Position numbers and translations under genes: made by a program
Shown here: in pieces, positions 39,177 to 49,824 of the stretch
Position numbering within the stretch: position 1 is the stretch's first letter
How the letters are laid out: every line of letters starts with the position of its first letter
NCBI GenBank assembly: GCA_043800555.1
Contig: JAZDMX010000003.1
Location: forward strand, 33,947-97,946
Direction: 5' to 3'
Source: Candidatus Omnitrophota bacterium
Lineage (GTDB): Bacteria > Omnitrophota > Gorgyraeia > Gygaellales > Profunditerraquicolaceae
Length of the DNA: 64,000 nucleotides
The notes under the pieces: generated by a model
What the model was told of the DNA's origin: nothing
The model's input: only the letters and a program-made list of their open reading frames with translations
Databases searched by the model: none

Positions 39177-39938
39177 ATGTTAGAAGGTAAAAAAGTCATA
39201 GTTGTAATGCCCGCTTATAATGCCGAACAAACTATAGAGCGGACTTATCTGGATATTCCCAGAGGCTTGGTAGACCAAGTGTTAGTTGTGGATGACCATA
39301 GCTGCGATAAGACCGTGGAAATCTGCAATAAACTTGGTTTGCCTGTCTTTGTACATGAGGATAATCGTGGTTATGGGGCCAATCAAAAGACCTGCTACAA
39401 AGAAGCCCTGAAAATGGGCGCAGATGTGGTTATTATGCTCCATCCGGATTATCAATATCCCCCTAAATTAATAAACGCAATGGCCAGCCTGGTGGCTTCG
39501 GGGATGTTCGATGTTGTTTTAGGCTCAAGAATACTGGGTGGCCTGGCTTTAAAAGGCGGCATGCCGCTGTATAAATATATTTCCAACAGGATCCTCACGT
39601 TTTTTGAGAATATCGTTTCAGGCGCAAAGCTTTCCGAATACCATACAGGGTATAGGGCATTTTCCCGGCAGGCCCTGCTTAGCCTGCCTTTAATGGAAAA
39701 CTCCGATGATTTCATTTTCGATAACCAGGTGCTTGCCCAGGCAATCCGCTTTGGTTACAAAATCGGCGAGTTAACGGCGCCTTCTTGCTACGCAAAAGAT
39801 TCCTCTTCTATATCCCTTAGAAGAAGCGTAGTTTATGGTTTTGGCGTTATCCTAACAACTTTGGCGTTATTTCTGGACAGGTCAAATTTAGTTAAATCCC
39901 GTTTATTCAATCCCCATGGCCGCAAGATCGAGTTATAG
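39177..39938 (+). CDS. family 2 glycosyltransferase (polyprenyl-phosphate sugar synthase, DPM1/ArnC-like)
   Basis: VIVVMPAYNAE...VVDDHSCDKT...DADV-like GADVVIMLHPD motifs, C-terminal TM anchor. A TATAAT sits 9 nt upstream of the ATG. Confidence 0.85.
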   Translation: MLEGKKVIVVMPAYNAEQTIERTYLDIPRGLVDQVLVVDDHSCDKTVEICNKLGLPVFVHEDNRGYGANQKTCYKEALKMGADVVIMLHPDYQYPPKLINAMASLVASGMFDVVLGSRILGGLALKGGMPLYKYISNRILTFFENIVSGAKLSEYHTGYRAFSRQALLSLPLMENSDDFIFDNQVLAQAIRFGYKIGELTAPSCYAKDSSSISLRRSVVYGFGVILTTLALFLDRSNLVKSRLFNPHGRKIEL

Positions 39939-41115
39939 GCTGGTTTTATTTTTAATTATCGCGGTAGCCATCACGTTGGTTTCTCTGACTTTCAAGAACA
40001 TCCATTTTGCCGCAAGCGCCGATGAAGGCTATTATTTCAGCTATGCTTCATCCATAGCGGATAGAGGGGTATCCGGATTTAGCGCGCTTTTCCAAGGTTA
40101 CCTTGAGAACCAACGGCACTGGCTTTATCCTAATCCGTTACGCGTAGGTTTCATCGGCCTATCGGCAATCTGGCTAAAAATAACCGGCGTTTCATTTATG
40201 AATATGGCCTATCTTTCTTTGGCCTTTTTTGTGCTTTTTCTGCTTACCTCTTATTATTTCTCGAGGAGATATCTAGGGGAGAAAATGGCCTTGCTTTTTG
40301 TAACGCTCCTGGCTTTTTCCCCGATTCAACTGGCTATGAGCAGGCGCGCGTTAATGGATAGCGCGGTAAATTTCTTTTCTTATTTATCAATATGGTTGTT
40401 TTGGGATTTTCTTAAGAAGAAGGGCCGGTTAAAATTAATATTTTTTATTGGCGCGTATTCATTCAGCATCCTTGTTAAGGAAACCGCGCTTCTTTTAGCC
40501 GTTTCTTTCCTGATTCTCTTACTGGTTGATAGGTTTGTTTATAAGAATAAATGCAGCCTAAAAGAATTTTCATCGGTATTATTGCTTCCGCCTTTTATCG
40601 CTTTAGCGGCGTATGCGCTATTGGGGTGTCTGCCGTATATCTTCGATACCGTTAAAATCATCTTAAATTCCCCGCAGGCTAATTCTTACGCGCTTTTATT
40701 CGGTTCAGGCCCGTGGTACCGCTATTTAATCGATTATATGGTTCTTTCGCCCTGGGTAGTCATTTTGTCTATCGGTTTTATTTTTTATTTTATCCTGGAT
40801 AAGGCAAATAATGAGCTAGCCGCATATTTTGTGGTTATATTCTTGGTCAATTTGGCCCTTTTCAATTTCTTCACCAAGAACTTGCGCTACGTGATGATCC
40901 TGGATTTGCCATTACGTTTATTCTCGCTTCTTATGCTCAATATTGTTGCCAATAAATTCTTCCCGCGCCAGGCGATCAAGATAGTTTCTGCCTTGGCAAT
41001 AGTCCTTGTTTTGTCCGATTACCTTAATTTTTATCATTTATTTGTCCAGGAAAGCATATATGACCCCGTAAGCTTTTATCTGCTTAAGGCCAGGCGCATC
41101 ATCCCTTTTAATTAA
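39916..41115 (+). CDS. polytopic membrane protein, putative GT-C glycosyltransferase (ArnT/PMT-like) partner of the GT2
   Basis: 399 aa, multiple TM segments. Overlaps the GT2 gene by 23 nt, which implies co-translation. Confidence 0.5.
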   Translation: MAARSSYRLVLFLIIAVAITLVSLTFKNIHFAASADEGYYFSYASSIADRGVSGFSALFQGYLENQRHWLYPNPLRVGFIGLSAIWLKITGVSFMNMAYLSLAFFVLFLLTSYYFSRRYLGEKMALLFVTLLAFSPIQLAMSRRALMDSAVNFFSYLSIWLFWDFLKKKGRLKLIFFIGAYSFSILVKETALLLAVSFLILLLVDRFVYKNKCSLKEFSSVLLLPPFIALAAYALLGCLPYIFDTVKIILNSPQANSYALLFGSGPWYRYLIDYMVLSPWVVILSIGFIFYFILDKANNELAAYFVVIFLVNLALFNFFTKNLRYVMILDLPLRLFSLLMLNIVANKFFPRQAIKIVSALAIVLVLSDYLNFYHLFVQESIYDPVSFYLLKARRIIPFN

Positions 41116-41130
41116 TAAAATATAAATAAC

Positions 41131-43923
41131 ATGCAAAGTGAATTTATCGATATTCGCGGGGCCAAGGAACATAATCTTAAAGATATAAGCCTTAAGTTGC
41201 CCCGCAATAAGCTTATAGTGGTAACCGGTTTATCCGGCTCAGGAAAATCAAGCCTTGCCTTTGATACAATTTACGCTGAGGGCCAGCGCAGGTTTGTTGA
41301 AAGCCTCTCCAGTTACGCCCGTCAATTCCTGGAACAACTTCAGAAACCGGATATAGAGTATATTTCCGGCTTATCTCCTACAATCGCCATTGAGCAGAGA
41401 TCTGCCGGCAGCAATCCCCGTTCCACTGTTGCGACGCAAACGGAGATTTACGATTATTTAAGGTTAATATTTGCGCGTATCGGAAAGATATTTTGTTATC
41501 AATGTTGCTCTCCGATAGAAAGGCAGAGCTCGCAGGAGATCATTGAAAGAATTTTGTCTCTACCCGCCGGATCCGATATTCTTGTGCTTGCCCCGCTTGT
41601 GAGAGGGAGAAAAGGCGAACATAAAGACGTGTTCAAGTTGATCCAAAAGTCGGGATTTGTCAGGGTACGCCTTGACGGTAAAATATATGAATTACCCGTA
41701 AATTCTAAGTTAGCCAAATACAAAACACATAATATAGAAGTCGTGGTTGACCGGCTCATTCTTAAAGAGGGTGTCAAAAACCGGCTGGTCGATTCGGTTG
41801 AAACAGCGCTAAAAGTCGGCAAAGGCATTGTGATAATAAACGCTAAAGAGGACATTGTTTTTAGCGAGCAATATGCCTGTTCTAAATGCGGGATAAACTA
41901 CGCGGAGGTTGAGCCGCGTATTTTTTCGTTCAATTCTCCTTACGGCGCTTGCCTGGAATGCAATGGTTTGGGAACGAAGATTAAATTTGATCCCGATCTG
42001 GTCGTGCCTGACCGGAGTAAATCCATAAATGCAGGGGCTATTGGCCCGTGGAAAAGAGGGGGCAGGGGGTATATACTTTATTATCGTTGGCTTATCCGGC
42101 AGTTGGCAAGAGAATTGCGTTTTGATTTAGATGCGCCGTTTAATAAGCTATCCAAAGAAAGCCAGCGCGCGATACTTTATGGATCGGAAGAAATCATCGG
42201 CAGCAAGCCCTATGAAGGAGTAATCCCGCATCTAGAAAGGCTCTTTCGGGAATCCGATAGCGATTATCTGAAGGAAGAGATATCCAGGTTTATGTTAAGC
42301 TCGGCTTGTCCGGCCTGTAGGGGCGCCCGCCTTAAAAAAGAGAGCTTGGCAGTCAGGATCAATAAAAAGAATATTTGGGAAATCACGCAGATGTCTATTA
42401 AAGAAGCGTATAATTTCTTTAGTAACCTGGAATTGGGCCAAAAAGATAAACTGATCGGGCATCAGGCCTTAAAAGAAATAATCCAGAAATTAAGGTTCTG
42501 TATTGACGTGGGGCTGGATTACCTTACCTTGGACAGAAAGAGCGCGACTTTATCAGGAGGAGAAGCGCAAAGGATCCGCCTGGCCACCCAGGTTGGCTCG
42601 GGTTTAGTCGGAGTTTTATATGTGTTGGATGAGCCCAGTATCGGGCTTCATCAGCGCGATAATAATAAGCTGCTGGATACCCTTAAGTCACTGAGGGATT
42701 TGGGCAATACCTTGCTTGTAGTCGAGCATGATGAGTCAACTATACTTAGCGCGGATTACATCGTGGATTTGGGCCCCGGGGCCGGCCGGGCCGGAGGGGA
42801 AGTGGTCTTCTCCGGCACAAAAGATGAGCTAATGGAAGATAAAAAATCTTTGACTGCTAAATACTTGAGGCGGGAATTAAAAATTGATTTACCCAAGCTA
42901 AGGAGAAGCTGGAAAGGCAAAAGGTTTTTGGAGGTAATAGGCGCCCGGGAGCATAACCTTAAAAATATCGATGTGAAATTTCCTTTAGGCACTTTTATCG
43001 GAGTTACCGGCGTATCGGGTTCGGGAAAGTCCACTCTTATCGACGATATATTGTTCAGGGCCCTGGCCCGGAAACTTTATAAGTCAAAAGAAAAACCCGG
43101 GTTATTCAGAAAAATCGCAGGGATCGAATATATCGATAAAGTAATCGTTGTTGATCAGTCTCCGATAGGCAGGACCCCGCGTTCAAACCCGGCTACTTAC
43201 ACAGGAGTTTTTAGCTATATCCGCGATATTTTCAGCCAGCTTCCTGAGTCCAAAGTCCGCGGCTACAGGCCCGGCAGGTTTTCTTTTAACGTTAAGGGCG
43301 GCCGCTGCGAGGCGTGCATGGGCGACGGGATAAAAAAGATTGAAATGCATTTTTTGCCCGATGTATACGTCAAATGCGATATATGCAAAGGCTTGAGGTT
43401 TAACGAAGCGACCTTGGCCGTAAAATATAAAGGCAAGTCTATCGCTGGCGTATTGGGGATGACCGTAGAGGAAGCCCTCGGCGTATTCAATAATATACCC
43501 AAAATACATAATACGCTTTCTTATTTATATGATGTTGGTTTGGGCTACATCCAGCTGGGGCAAGCCGCAACCACTTTATCCGGGGGAGAGGCGCAGAGGA
43601 TTAAGCTCTCCAGCGAGTTAAGCAAGCGCTCTACCGGAAGCACGCTCTATATCCTTGATGAACCGACTACGGGCCTGCACTTTGCCGATGTAGCCAAGCT
43701 GATCGGTGTTTTACAGAAACTGGTAGATAAAGGCAATACCGTTATTGTCATCGAGCATAATTTAGAGGTGATTAAGAGCGCGGATTACATTATTGACCTG
43801 GGCCCTGAAGGCGGAGATAAGGGGGGAGAGCTTGTTGTGCAGGGTAGCCCGGAAGAATTGGTTAAGAACAAGGAATCGCACACAGCGAAGTTTCTTAAGC
43901 AGGCGTTAGATAATAATGTTTAA
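41131..43923 (+). CDS. uvrA: excinuclease ABC subunit A
   Basis: 930 aa. Two ABC modules ([12 protein letters not shown]..., [10 protein letters not shown]...), LSGGEAQRI signatures, zinc-finger Cys clusters. Confidence 0.97.
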   Translation: MQSEFIDIRGAKEHNLKDISLKLPRNKLIVVTGLSGSGKSSLAFDTIYAEGQRRFVESLSSYARQFLEQLQKPDIEYISGLSPTIAIEQRSAGSNPRSTVATQTEIYDYLRLIFARIGKIFCYQCCSPIERQSSQEIIERILSLPAGSDILVLAPLVRGRKGEHKDVFKLIQKSGFVRVRLDGKIYELPVNSKLAKYKTHNIEVVVDRLILKEGVKNRLVDSVETALKVGKGIVIINAKEDIVFSEQYACSKCGINYAEVEPRIFSFNSPYGACLECNGLGTKIKFDPDLVVPDRSKSINAGAIGPWKRGGRGYILYYRWLIRQLARELRFDLDAPFNKLSKESQRAILYGSEEIIGSKPYEGVIPHLERLFRESDSDYLKEEISRFMLSSACPACRGARLKKESLAVRINKKNIWEITQMSIKEAYNFFSNLELGQKDKLIGHQALKEIIQKLRFCIDVGLDYLTLDRKSATLSGGEAQRIRLATQVGSGLVGVLYVLDEPSIGLHQRDNNKLLDTLKSLRDLGNTLLVVEHDESTILSADYIVDLGPGAGRAGGEVVFSGTKDELMEDKKSLTAKYLRRELKIDLPKLRRSWKGKRFLEVIGAREHNLKNIDVKFPLGTFIGVTGVSGSGKSTLIDDILFRALARKLYKSKEKPGLFRKIAGIEYIDKVIVVDQSPIGRTPRSNPATYTGVFSYIRDIFSQLPESKVRGYRPGRFSFNVKGGRCEACMGDGIKKIEMHFLPDVYVKCDICKGLRFNEATLAVKYKGKSIAGVLGMTVEEALGVFNNIPKIHNTLSYLYDVGLGYIQLGQAATTLSGGEAQRIKLSSELSKRSTGSTLYILDEPTTGLHFADVAKLIGVLQKLVDKGNTVIVIEHNLEVIKSADYIIDLGPEGGDKGGELVVQGSPEELVKNKESHTAKFLKQALDNNV

Positions 43924-46366
43924 GCCTAAATCCCCCAGATCCAAATCCGAATTAATCCTTGATTACCCACTCCCTGGGTGGAATCTTAGAATACGGAGTT
44001 TATTCGTAGCCGGGATTTTGTCATTGGTTATTGTAGCGCAGTTAGCCTTTGGAAATTTTATTTTTTCTTCTTTTGCCGATGCGCCTGCCAGGGAAGAAGA
44101 GGCTTTGTTCCTGGCCCAAAAAGCGTATGAAGACGGTTATTATGATGTCAGCCTGGGGTTATTAGAGCGTTTCTTGAGGGATTATCCGGATTCTTCCAGG
44201 ACAATCGAAGCAAACCTGTTGATCGGAGAGTGTTTTTTTTACCAGAATAAGCTTAAGCCTGCCTTGGCAAAATTCGATGAACTGTTAAAATCCCCCGCGG
44301 CCAAACCTATAAAAGACGCTCTTTATTATTGGATTGCCGAGATCAATTTCAAGGTGAATAATTATGGCGCGGCGATTCCCTATTATGAAAAAGTAATTAA
44401 GGAATTTCCCGGTTCTTCTTATGTCCCGATAGCGTATTATTCTTTAGGGTGGTGTTTGTTCCAGGAGGGAAGATTCGAAGAGGCTTTGCATTATTTTACG
44501 TCTTTAAGCAGGGAATACCCCGAAAACCCCCAAAGTAAAGACGCGGCATTTAAGATTATAGAGTGTTTATATAACCTTAAGGATTATCATGGCCTAAAAG
44601 ATAAAACCGATTTGGCAATCAGGGAGTTTTCCCAGGATCCCCTTAAGGCGCCTTACCTTTATTTTTATTTGGGCGAAGCTAACTATTATTTGGGGAATTT
44701 TACCGCTTCGGTTGAGGCGTATTCCAAGGGGCTGGATGCTAACCCCGATAATAAAATACAGGCTTTGACCAGGCTTGATTTGGGTTGGGCATATCTTAAG
44801 CTGAAGCGCTATAAGGACGCCGAAGATGTTTTTGCGGGGTTAAAGCGGGAGGACTTGGAAAAACGCAACCTGGAGGTTTTATTGTTAGGCAGGGCTACCC
44901 TTTTAATGGAAACCAACCGCATAAATCAGGCAAAAAAGACATATGAGGAATTATCGAATTTGACCAGCGACCCTTTAATCGCCCTTCAGGGGCTCATGGG
45001 TAAGGCGGATGCTCTGTATGGCCTGGCGGATTACCCGGAGGCCTCAAAAGTTTTTCGCGAAGCTCTGACGAAAATCGATCCTAAGGATAAAGCCAGCGCT
45101 CAAATCGCGGATAAGCTACGCTACAGTTTGGGTAAGTCATTATTGAATGAGGGCAGGATTAAAGAGGCCATTGATGAATTCCGTAAGGTTGTTGATTCCG
45201 GGAGCGACGATATGTTCAAGATCAATGCCCTTTGCCAGATAGGGGACGCCTATCAGGATGAAGCAAATTATAAGAAAGCGCAAGAAACATACGATTTCTT
45301 CCTAAAGCGCTACCCGGATTCTTCCTGCAGCGATTATGCCCTATACCAGCTAGGTTCGGTTTATTTAAAAGACTCCCGGATCGAAGAAGCGATTTTAAGC
45401 CTCGAGGCGTTCGAAAAGAGGTTCCCTGCATCTAATTTCCTTGATGATGCCGCTTATACCCTTGGCTTAGCTTATTTTAATAAACGGGATTATACTTCGG
45501 CTGAACATGAGCTTAAGAGGTTCCAGGCTGGCCTTAGCTCAAGCGATACAAGGCCTAAAGCGCTTTACCTTTTGGGGAATTGTTTTTATAATTCGGGGGA
45601 TTATGCTTCAGCCCTACAGGTTTTTAAAGAAATTCCCCGCTCCGGGTGCGGGACGCTTGATGCCGGATTGCTCCAAAAGGCTGAATACGGGCAAGCGGAT
45701 TCTCTTTACCAGATGGGCAAGGAAGAGGAGGCTTTAGCAAGGTTTAAGGCATTGCGTTCAAAATACCCTGATTCAAGTTTTACTCCTGACATTATCTGGT
45801 GGCTGGGGATTTATTATTACCGGCATAAAGAACCTGATTTGGCAGGTCGCTATTTTTTGTCTATTATACAGGATTTTCCCAAGAGCGGCTTATTGCCCGA
45901 TGCTTATTATGCCCTGGGCCTTACTTATATAGATAAGGACAAGAATAAAGAGGCTTTGGATTATCTTGAGAAAGCCCTTAGTTTTAATAAGGCGGATGTA
46001 AATCCCAAGGCAGCCGTTGCTTTAGCCGAATTATTTTCCAAGTCAGGCGATTATGACAATGCTTTGCTTTATTACCGTAGCAGCATAAATGGAGCGCCTT
46101 TAGAAGATTTACCGGCCTTGCATTTTAAAATAGCTGAAATTGAAGAGGCTAAAGGCAATCTTGATGAAGCGGAAAAGGAATACTTCCAAGCAACTAAGTT
46201 ATCGGGCAAGGCCGATGCTTTTACCGTAAAGGCGCTTTTCAGGCTGGGCAGGGCCTATGAAGATAAAGGTAATTATCAGGAGGCTATAAAGGCTTATACC
46301 ATTATATTGAACATGAATTTGCCTGAATCTAAATATGCCGCAGAAAGGATTAATCAGCTTAAGTAA
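43916..46366 (+). CDS. large tetratricopeptide-repeat protein with N-terminal signal/TM anchor
   Basis: 816 aa. N-terminal hydrophobic helix, then about 15 or more TPR-like repeats (AxxYxxGxxyy... periodicity throughout). Confidence 0.7.
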   Translation: MFKPKSPRSKSELILDYPLPGWNLRIRSLFVAGILSLVIVAQLAFGNFIFSSFADAPAREEEALFLAQKAYEDGYYDVSLGLLERFLRDYPDSSRTIEANLLIGECFFYQNKLKPALAKFDELLKSPAAKPIKDALYYWIAEINFKVNNYGAAIPYYEKVIKEFPGSSYVPIAYYSLGWCLFQEGRFEEALHYFTSLSREYPENPQSKDAAFKIIECLYNLKDYHGLKDKTDLAIREFSQDPLKAPYLYFYLGEANYYLGNFTASVEAYSKGLDANPDNKIQALTRLDLGWAYLKLKRYKDAEDVFAGLKREDLEKRNLEVLLLGRATLLMETNRINQAKKTYEELSNLTSDPLIALQGLMGKADALYGLADYPEASKVFREALTKIDPKDKASAQIADKLRYSLGKSLLNEGRIKEAIDEFRKVVDSGSDDMFKINALCQIGDAYQDEANYKKAQETYDFFLKRYPDSSCSDYALYQLGSVYLKDSRIEEAILSLEAFEKRFPASNFLDDAAYTLGLAYFNKRDYTSAEHELKRFQAGLSSSDTRPKALYLLGNCFYNSGDYASALQVFKEIPRSGCGTLDAGLLQKAEYGQADSLYQMGKEEEALARFKALRSKYPDSSFTPDIIWWLGIYYYRHKEPDLAGRYFLSIIQDFPKSGLLPDAYYALGLTYIDKDKNKEALDYLEKALSFNKADVNPKAAVALAELFSKSGDYDNALLYYRSSINGAPLEDLPALHFKIAEIEEAKGNLDEAEKEYFQATKLSGKADAFTVKALFRLGRAYEDKGNYQEAIKAYTIILNMNLPESKYAAERINQLK

Positions 46367-46438
46367 GCCTTCAATAACGGTTATTTGATCTATTCTTTGC
46401 CCGAAATCCGCTATTTTAACGGGGCAGTTCCGGAAAAC

Positions 46439-46544
46439 GGGGATGGGAAAAATGGGGACGTTTCTACTTTTCAAGAAATAAGCTCGGAAAAGTAGAAACG
46501 TCCCCAATTTTTCCCCCCATTTTTCCCATCCCCATTTTTCCCTG
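46439..46544. repeat. palindromic hairpin repeat, copy B (intergenic), with extended/tandemly reiterated CCCCATTTTTCC outer arms
   Basis: Core GGGGACGTTTCTACTTTT 46454-46471, 16-nt loop, AAAAGTAGAAACGTCCCC 46488-46505. Left flank GGGGATGGGAAAAATGGGG is mirrored on the right by CCCCAATTTTTCC-CCCCATTTTTCC-CATCCCCATTTTTCCC. Confidence 0.85.
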
Positions 46545-46655
46545 TTTTTTTCAAGAGGAATCTTTTGCAGGCATTCTTTAAAACCAGAAATAGGGCGTTT
46601 CTATCCTGGTAAGCATGAGGCATTTTTCTTGCCAGCCCGGATTCGTAAATAGTAG

Positions 46656-46683
46656 TTGACAAAGAACGCAGCTATTATAAAAT
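46656..46683 (+). promoter_or_regulatory. putative sigma70 promoter TTGACA-N16-TAAAAT upstream of the type IV pilus module
   Basis: Consensus -35 TTGACA at 46656-46661 and TAAAAT at 46678-46683. 18 nt upstream of the wHTH gene start at 46702, whose SD is GGAGGA. Confidence 0.4.
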
Positions 46684-46701
46684 AAAATCCTGGAGGAAAA
46701 A

Positions 46702-46908
46702 ATGATTACAGAAATCGGAATAGTTGCCGGTGAAATATGGCATTTTTTGGATCAACGCTCAGAGGTTAGCTTGACTGAATTGGTTAAGGATATAGATAAA
46801 TCCCGGGATAATGTCCTTATGAGCCTTGGCTGGCTGGCTAGAGAAGGCCATGTGCTTCTGCGGCAAACCGGAAATGATTACAGAGTCTCTTTAAGGAAAG
46901 ATGCCTAG
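46702..46908 (+). CDS. small winged-helix DNA-binding-like protein (DUF2582-like), first gene of pilus module
   Basis: 68 aa. ...LTELVKDIDKSRDNVLMSLGWLAREGHVLL... HTH-wing pattern. SD GGAGGA 7 nt upstream. Confidence 0.45.
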   Translation: MITEIGIVAGEIWHFLDQRSEVSLTELVKDIDKSRDNVLMSLGWLAREGHVLLRQTGNDYRVSLRKDA

Positions 46909-47320
46909 CGTCAAAAACCCTCAAAAAGGCGTAATATTGCTTATTGTTTTAGCAACTGTTTTGGTAGTTATTATTTTATCCGGCGTTGTTTTGAGCATTA
47001 TAACCAATCAGGGTAGTTTAACCCGTCATAAAATAAGCAGGACTAAGGCTTATTATGCGGCTAGAGGCATAATGAACTATACCCTAGATATGCTAAGGTC
47101 AGGCACTTGGGCCGCAAGTTCAACCAGTAACAGGTACGCCTGCTTAGGGAATTGCTCTGGTTTAGGCGTAACTTCTCCTACTTACACTATACCCGTTGAT
47201 AGCGATATACCTTATAATATTTTAGTTACCATTTATCCTTTGAATCGCGCCGATAATGCCATTTTAAACGGTAAAGTAACACAGTTAAATATAAAGACCG
47301 ATTACACCTATATTCCATAA
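46901..47320 (+). CDS. PilX/GspK-like pilus-associated protein (PilX_N-type N-terminal hydrophobic domain)
   Basis: QKGVILLIVLATVLVVIILSGVVLSII then SRTKAYYAARGIMNY resembles the PilX N-terminal domain. Start overlaps the upstream stop. Confidence 0.5.
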   Translation: MPSVKNPQKGVILLIVLATVLVVIILSGVVLSIITNQGSLTRHKISRTKAYYAARGIMNYTLDMLRSGTWAASSTSNRYACLGNCSGLGVTSPTYTIPVDSDIPYNILVTIYPLNRADNAILNGKVTQLNIKTDYTYIP

Positions 47321-47532
47321 GTAAATAGCCGCATTTCCTCGATTAACTTCCGGTAAGTATATAATAGTCTAAGTAAATAGCATCTTGATAGCAGCAGCAA
47401 ATTAAGGGGCTGTTGCTCTTGTTTTATCTTATCATAAGTAAGTATAAGTAAGTATAGATAAGAAAACACTTGACAATATGAATGTTTTATGTTTTAATTA
47501 AGTCCATTATTGAATATTATGAAATACAGTGA

Positions 47533-47748
47533 ATGAAAATGAAGAGGCTTATAGATATTGAAGAGTTGGCAGATTATTTAAGGTTAAAGAAGCAGACCAT
47601 ATATAATTGGTTGAGCCAAGGGAAGATTTCTGGCATCAAGGTTGGCGGAGTCTGGAGATTTGACCTTAAGGATGTGGATAATTGGCTTAAAAGCAGTAAA
47701 CGCATGCTTCGTCAGACAAACACGCCAAAAGCAAAAGGAAGCTTATGA
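47533..47748 (+). CDS. helix-turn-helix DNA-binding protein (excisionase/MerR-like HTH_17)
   Basis: 71 aa. LADYLRLKKQTIYNWLSQGKISGIKVGGVWRFDLKDVDNWL is an HTH_17-type motif. Stop overlaps the pilM start (ATGA). Confidence 0.6.
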   Translation: MKMKRLIDIEELADYLRLKKQTIYNWLSQGKISGIKVGGVWRFDLKDVDNWLKSSKRMLRQTNTPKAKGSL

Positions 47749-49295
47749 GTGATTTAGGCATATATTTTGGGCCCAAGGCAATCGATGTTACCGAGGTAAA
47801 GGGGAAGAAGCTGGTGAATAATCTGCAGATTCCTCTTTTGGGGATTGCCGGCAATGAATTGGAAGAAAAGGTCCCTACGGAAATTAAGCTGGTTGCTTCA
47901 TTCAATGACGCATTCAGGAGAAACAGAATTGAGGCCAAGGAGGCTTGCCTTTGCCTTTCCGGCAAAGATTTAATAATCCGGACTTTTGAAATACCGGTTT
48001 TGCCTAAGGAGGAGCTACAGGGCGCCGTAGTTTTTGAGGCCAAAAAATACATACCCTTTAAAATCGAAGAGCTTATTTCGGACTATCAGATTGAGCTGGA
48101 TAAGCTAAGCCATACAAATACGGTTTTATTTATGGGTATCAAGAAAGATGCTTATGATAAATATTTTTCCATTCTTAATCAGTTAAATATCAAAGTAAAT
48201 TCAATTGAATATTCGGGGTTTAGCGTCTTAAGGGTATTGAAATTGGCCGGGATAGGCAGCAGCGGGGTAATGGGAATGCTCTGCCTTGATTCCCGCGTTC
48301 AGGATGAAATTAATTTCATCGTTTTAGATAACGGTTTCCCGCTATTTAGCCGCGATATAAACCTGGCAAGCGCTCCGGAGGAAGAATCCGGAGAGTCCGC
48401 GGGGGCTGTTCCCCTGTTTTCGGATAAGCTTAAAGCGGAGGTTCGCGTATCTTTGGATTATTACCACCGTAAATTTCCCGCTAAGCCTCTAAAAAATATT
48501 TTCGTGGTTTCCAATCCCGATTGGCGGCAGGAACTTGAAGTTGTCATAAGTGATTTGGGTTTATCCAGTAAGTTCATCGATGTTGCCAAAGTCTTCAATA
48601 AGCCGTTGGCATTTTCTTCAAGCTTTGCCAAGAGCTATAGCGCGGCAGTATCCAGGGTTGTTCCAACAAGGATTAGGCTTAATTTGATTGAAAGCTGGGA
48701 AAGGGCGCTTAAGCCGGTAAAAACCGCCACCGGCTTGGGCCTGGAGTCTTTATTAAAGAGCATAAAGTTGGATTCTCGCGTGATTATTTCCGCTGTTTTA
48801 ATTTGCGCCGGAGTCTTTATTTACGGTTTTTTTCAAACCAGCCCCCTGAAACAGGATTTAAAGATTGTGATTAACAAGAGGGTTAATGCCGGAGGGGCCA
48901 ACGCCGAAGCCAGCTCCGAAACTCTCGACAGTATTGCGCTGGATCAGGAGAAAACGCTGGAAAGCCTCAGCAGCCTTATCAAGAAACAGTTGTATGCCAC
49001 GGAAGTGCTAGGGGTTATTCCCCGCGTCCTTCCCAACGGAGTATGGCTTACAAAGTTTTCCCTAAGCCATAAAGATAATTCGGCCGAGCTTGCCCTGGAA
49101 GGGATGAGTTATCTGGGTGACAGCAATAACGAATATCAGGCGGTAAATAAATTCTATAATGACTTAAAAGAAGATCCGGATTTTGCTAAATATTTTAAAA
49201 GCGTGAATATAATCTCCATAGACCATGCGCAATTCGCCCAGGCAACGGTGACTACATTCCTGATATCTTGCAAAGCCTACAGAGAGGCAAAATAA
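47745..49295 (+). CDS. pilMN: type IV pilus assembly protein PilM fused to PilN
   Basis: The N-terminal ~330 aa has the actin-like ATPase fold of PilM (VVFEAKKYIPFKIEEL...). The C-terminal ~180 aa has a single TM (VIISAVLICAGVFIYGFF) plus a PilN-like periplasmic domain. Confidence 0.8.
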   Translation: MSDLGIYFGPKAIDVTEVKGKKLVNNLQIPLLGIAGNELEEKVPTEIKLVASFNDAFRRNRIEAKEACLCLSGKDLIIRTFEIPVLPKEELQGAVVFEAKKYIPFKIEELISDYQIELDKLSHTNTVLFMGIKKDAYDKYFSILNQLNIKVNSIEYSGFSVLRVLKLAGIGSSGVMGMLCLDSRVQDEINFIVLDNGFPLFSRDINLASAPEEESGESAGAVPLFSDKLKAEVRVSLDYYHRKFPAKPLKNIFVVSNPDWRQELEVVISDLGLSSKFIDVAKVFNKPLAFSSSFAKSYSAAVSRVVPTRIRLNLIESWERALKPVKTATGLGLESLLKSIKLDSRVIISAVLICAGVFIYGFFQTSPLKQDLKIVINKRVNAGGANAEASSETLDSIALDQEKTLESLSSLIKKQLYATEVLGVIPRVLPNGVWLTKFSLSHKDNSAELALEGMSYLGDSNNEYQAVNKFYNDLKEDPDFAKYFKSVNIISIDHAQFAQATVTTFLISCKAYREAK

Positions 49296-49296
49296 G

Positions 49297-49821
49297 ATGG
49301 CACAATCCGGCGAGCAGCTAGATAAATATAAGAACAAGGCAATAAACGCGGCGATAATCGCCATAGCCTTGATTATCGCCTACAATATTTACAAAGGCAG
49401 CCTTTCTACCAGCGACGCTTTGAGGGCAAGGATAGATGAGGAAGAGAAAAAGAGCGTTGAATTGGAAAAAATTGACAGGATAGATAAGAAGATCTCTGCT
49501 TACAAGAAGCTGCTTCCCGATAAAGAGGCTAGTTTGGTTATGGATGATATCGTAGGCATTGCTAAGTCTTCGGGCATAAAGATTTTATCTGTTAAGCCGG
49601 CGCAGGAAGAACTAGCCGGGGACTACATTAAGAATAATTTTGATGTCAGCTTAAGCGCGCCGCATTATGACGATTTGGCAAAATTCATTAATATGCTTGA
49701 GACCTCCGGCAGTGTTTATATGGTTGATAGCCTGGATATAGATAATAAAAGCAGCCTGGATAGCAGTGAGTTAACCGTTAGTTTGCGTATAAGTTCGGTT
49801 ATCGCGACAGGGCAGAAATAA
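49297..49821 (+). CDS. pilO: type IV pilus assembly protein PilO
   Basis: 174 aa. N-terminal TM (AAIIAIALIIAY), coiled-coil, then a PilO-like domain. Position between pilN and pilP. Confidence 0.7.
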   Translation: MAQSGEQLDKYKNKAINAAIIAIALIIAYNIYKGSLSTSDALRARIDEEEKKSVELEKIDRIDKKISAYKKLLPDKEASLVMDDIVGIAKSSGIKILSVKPAQEELAGDYIKNNFDVSLSAPHYDDLAKFINMLETSGSVYMVDSLDIDNKSSLDSSELTVSLRISSVIATGQK

Positions 49822-49824
49822 AAA

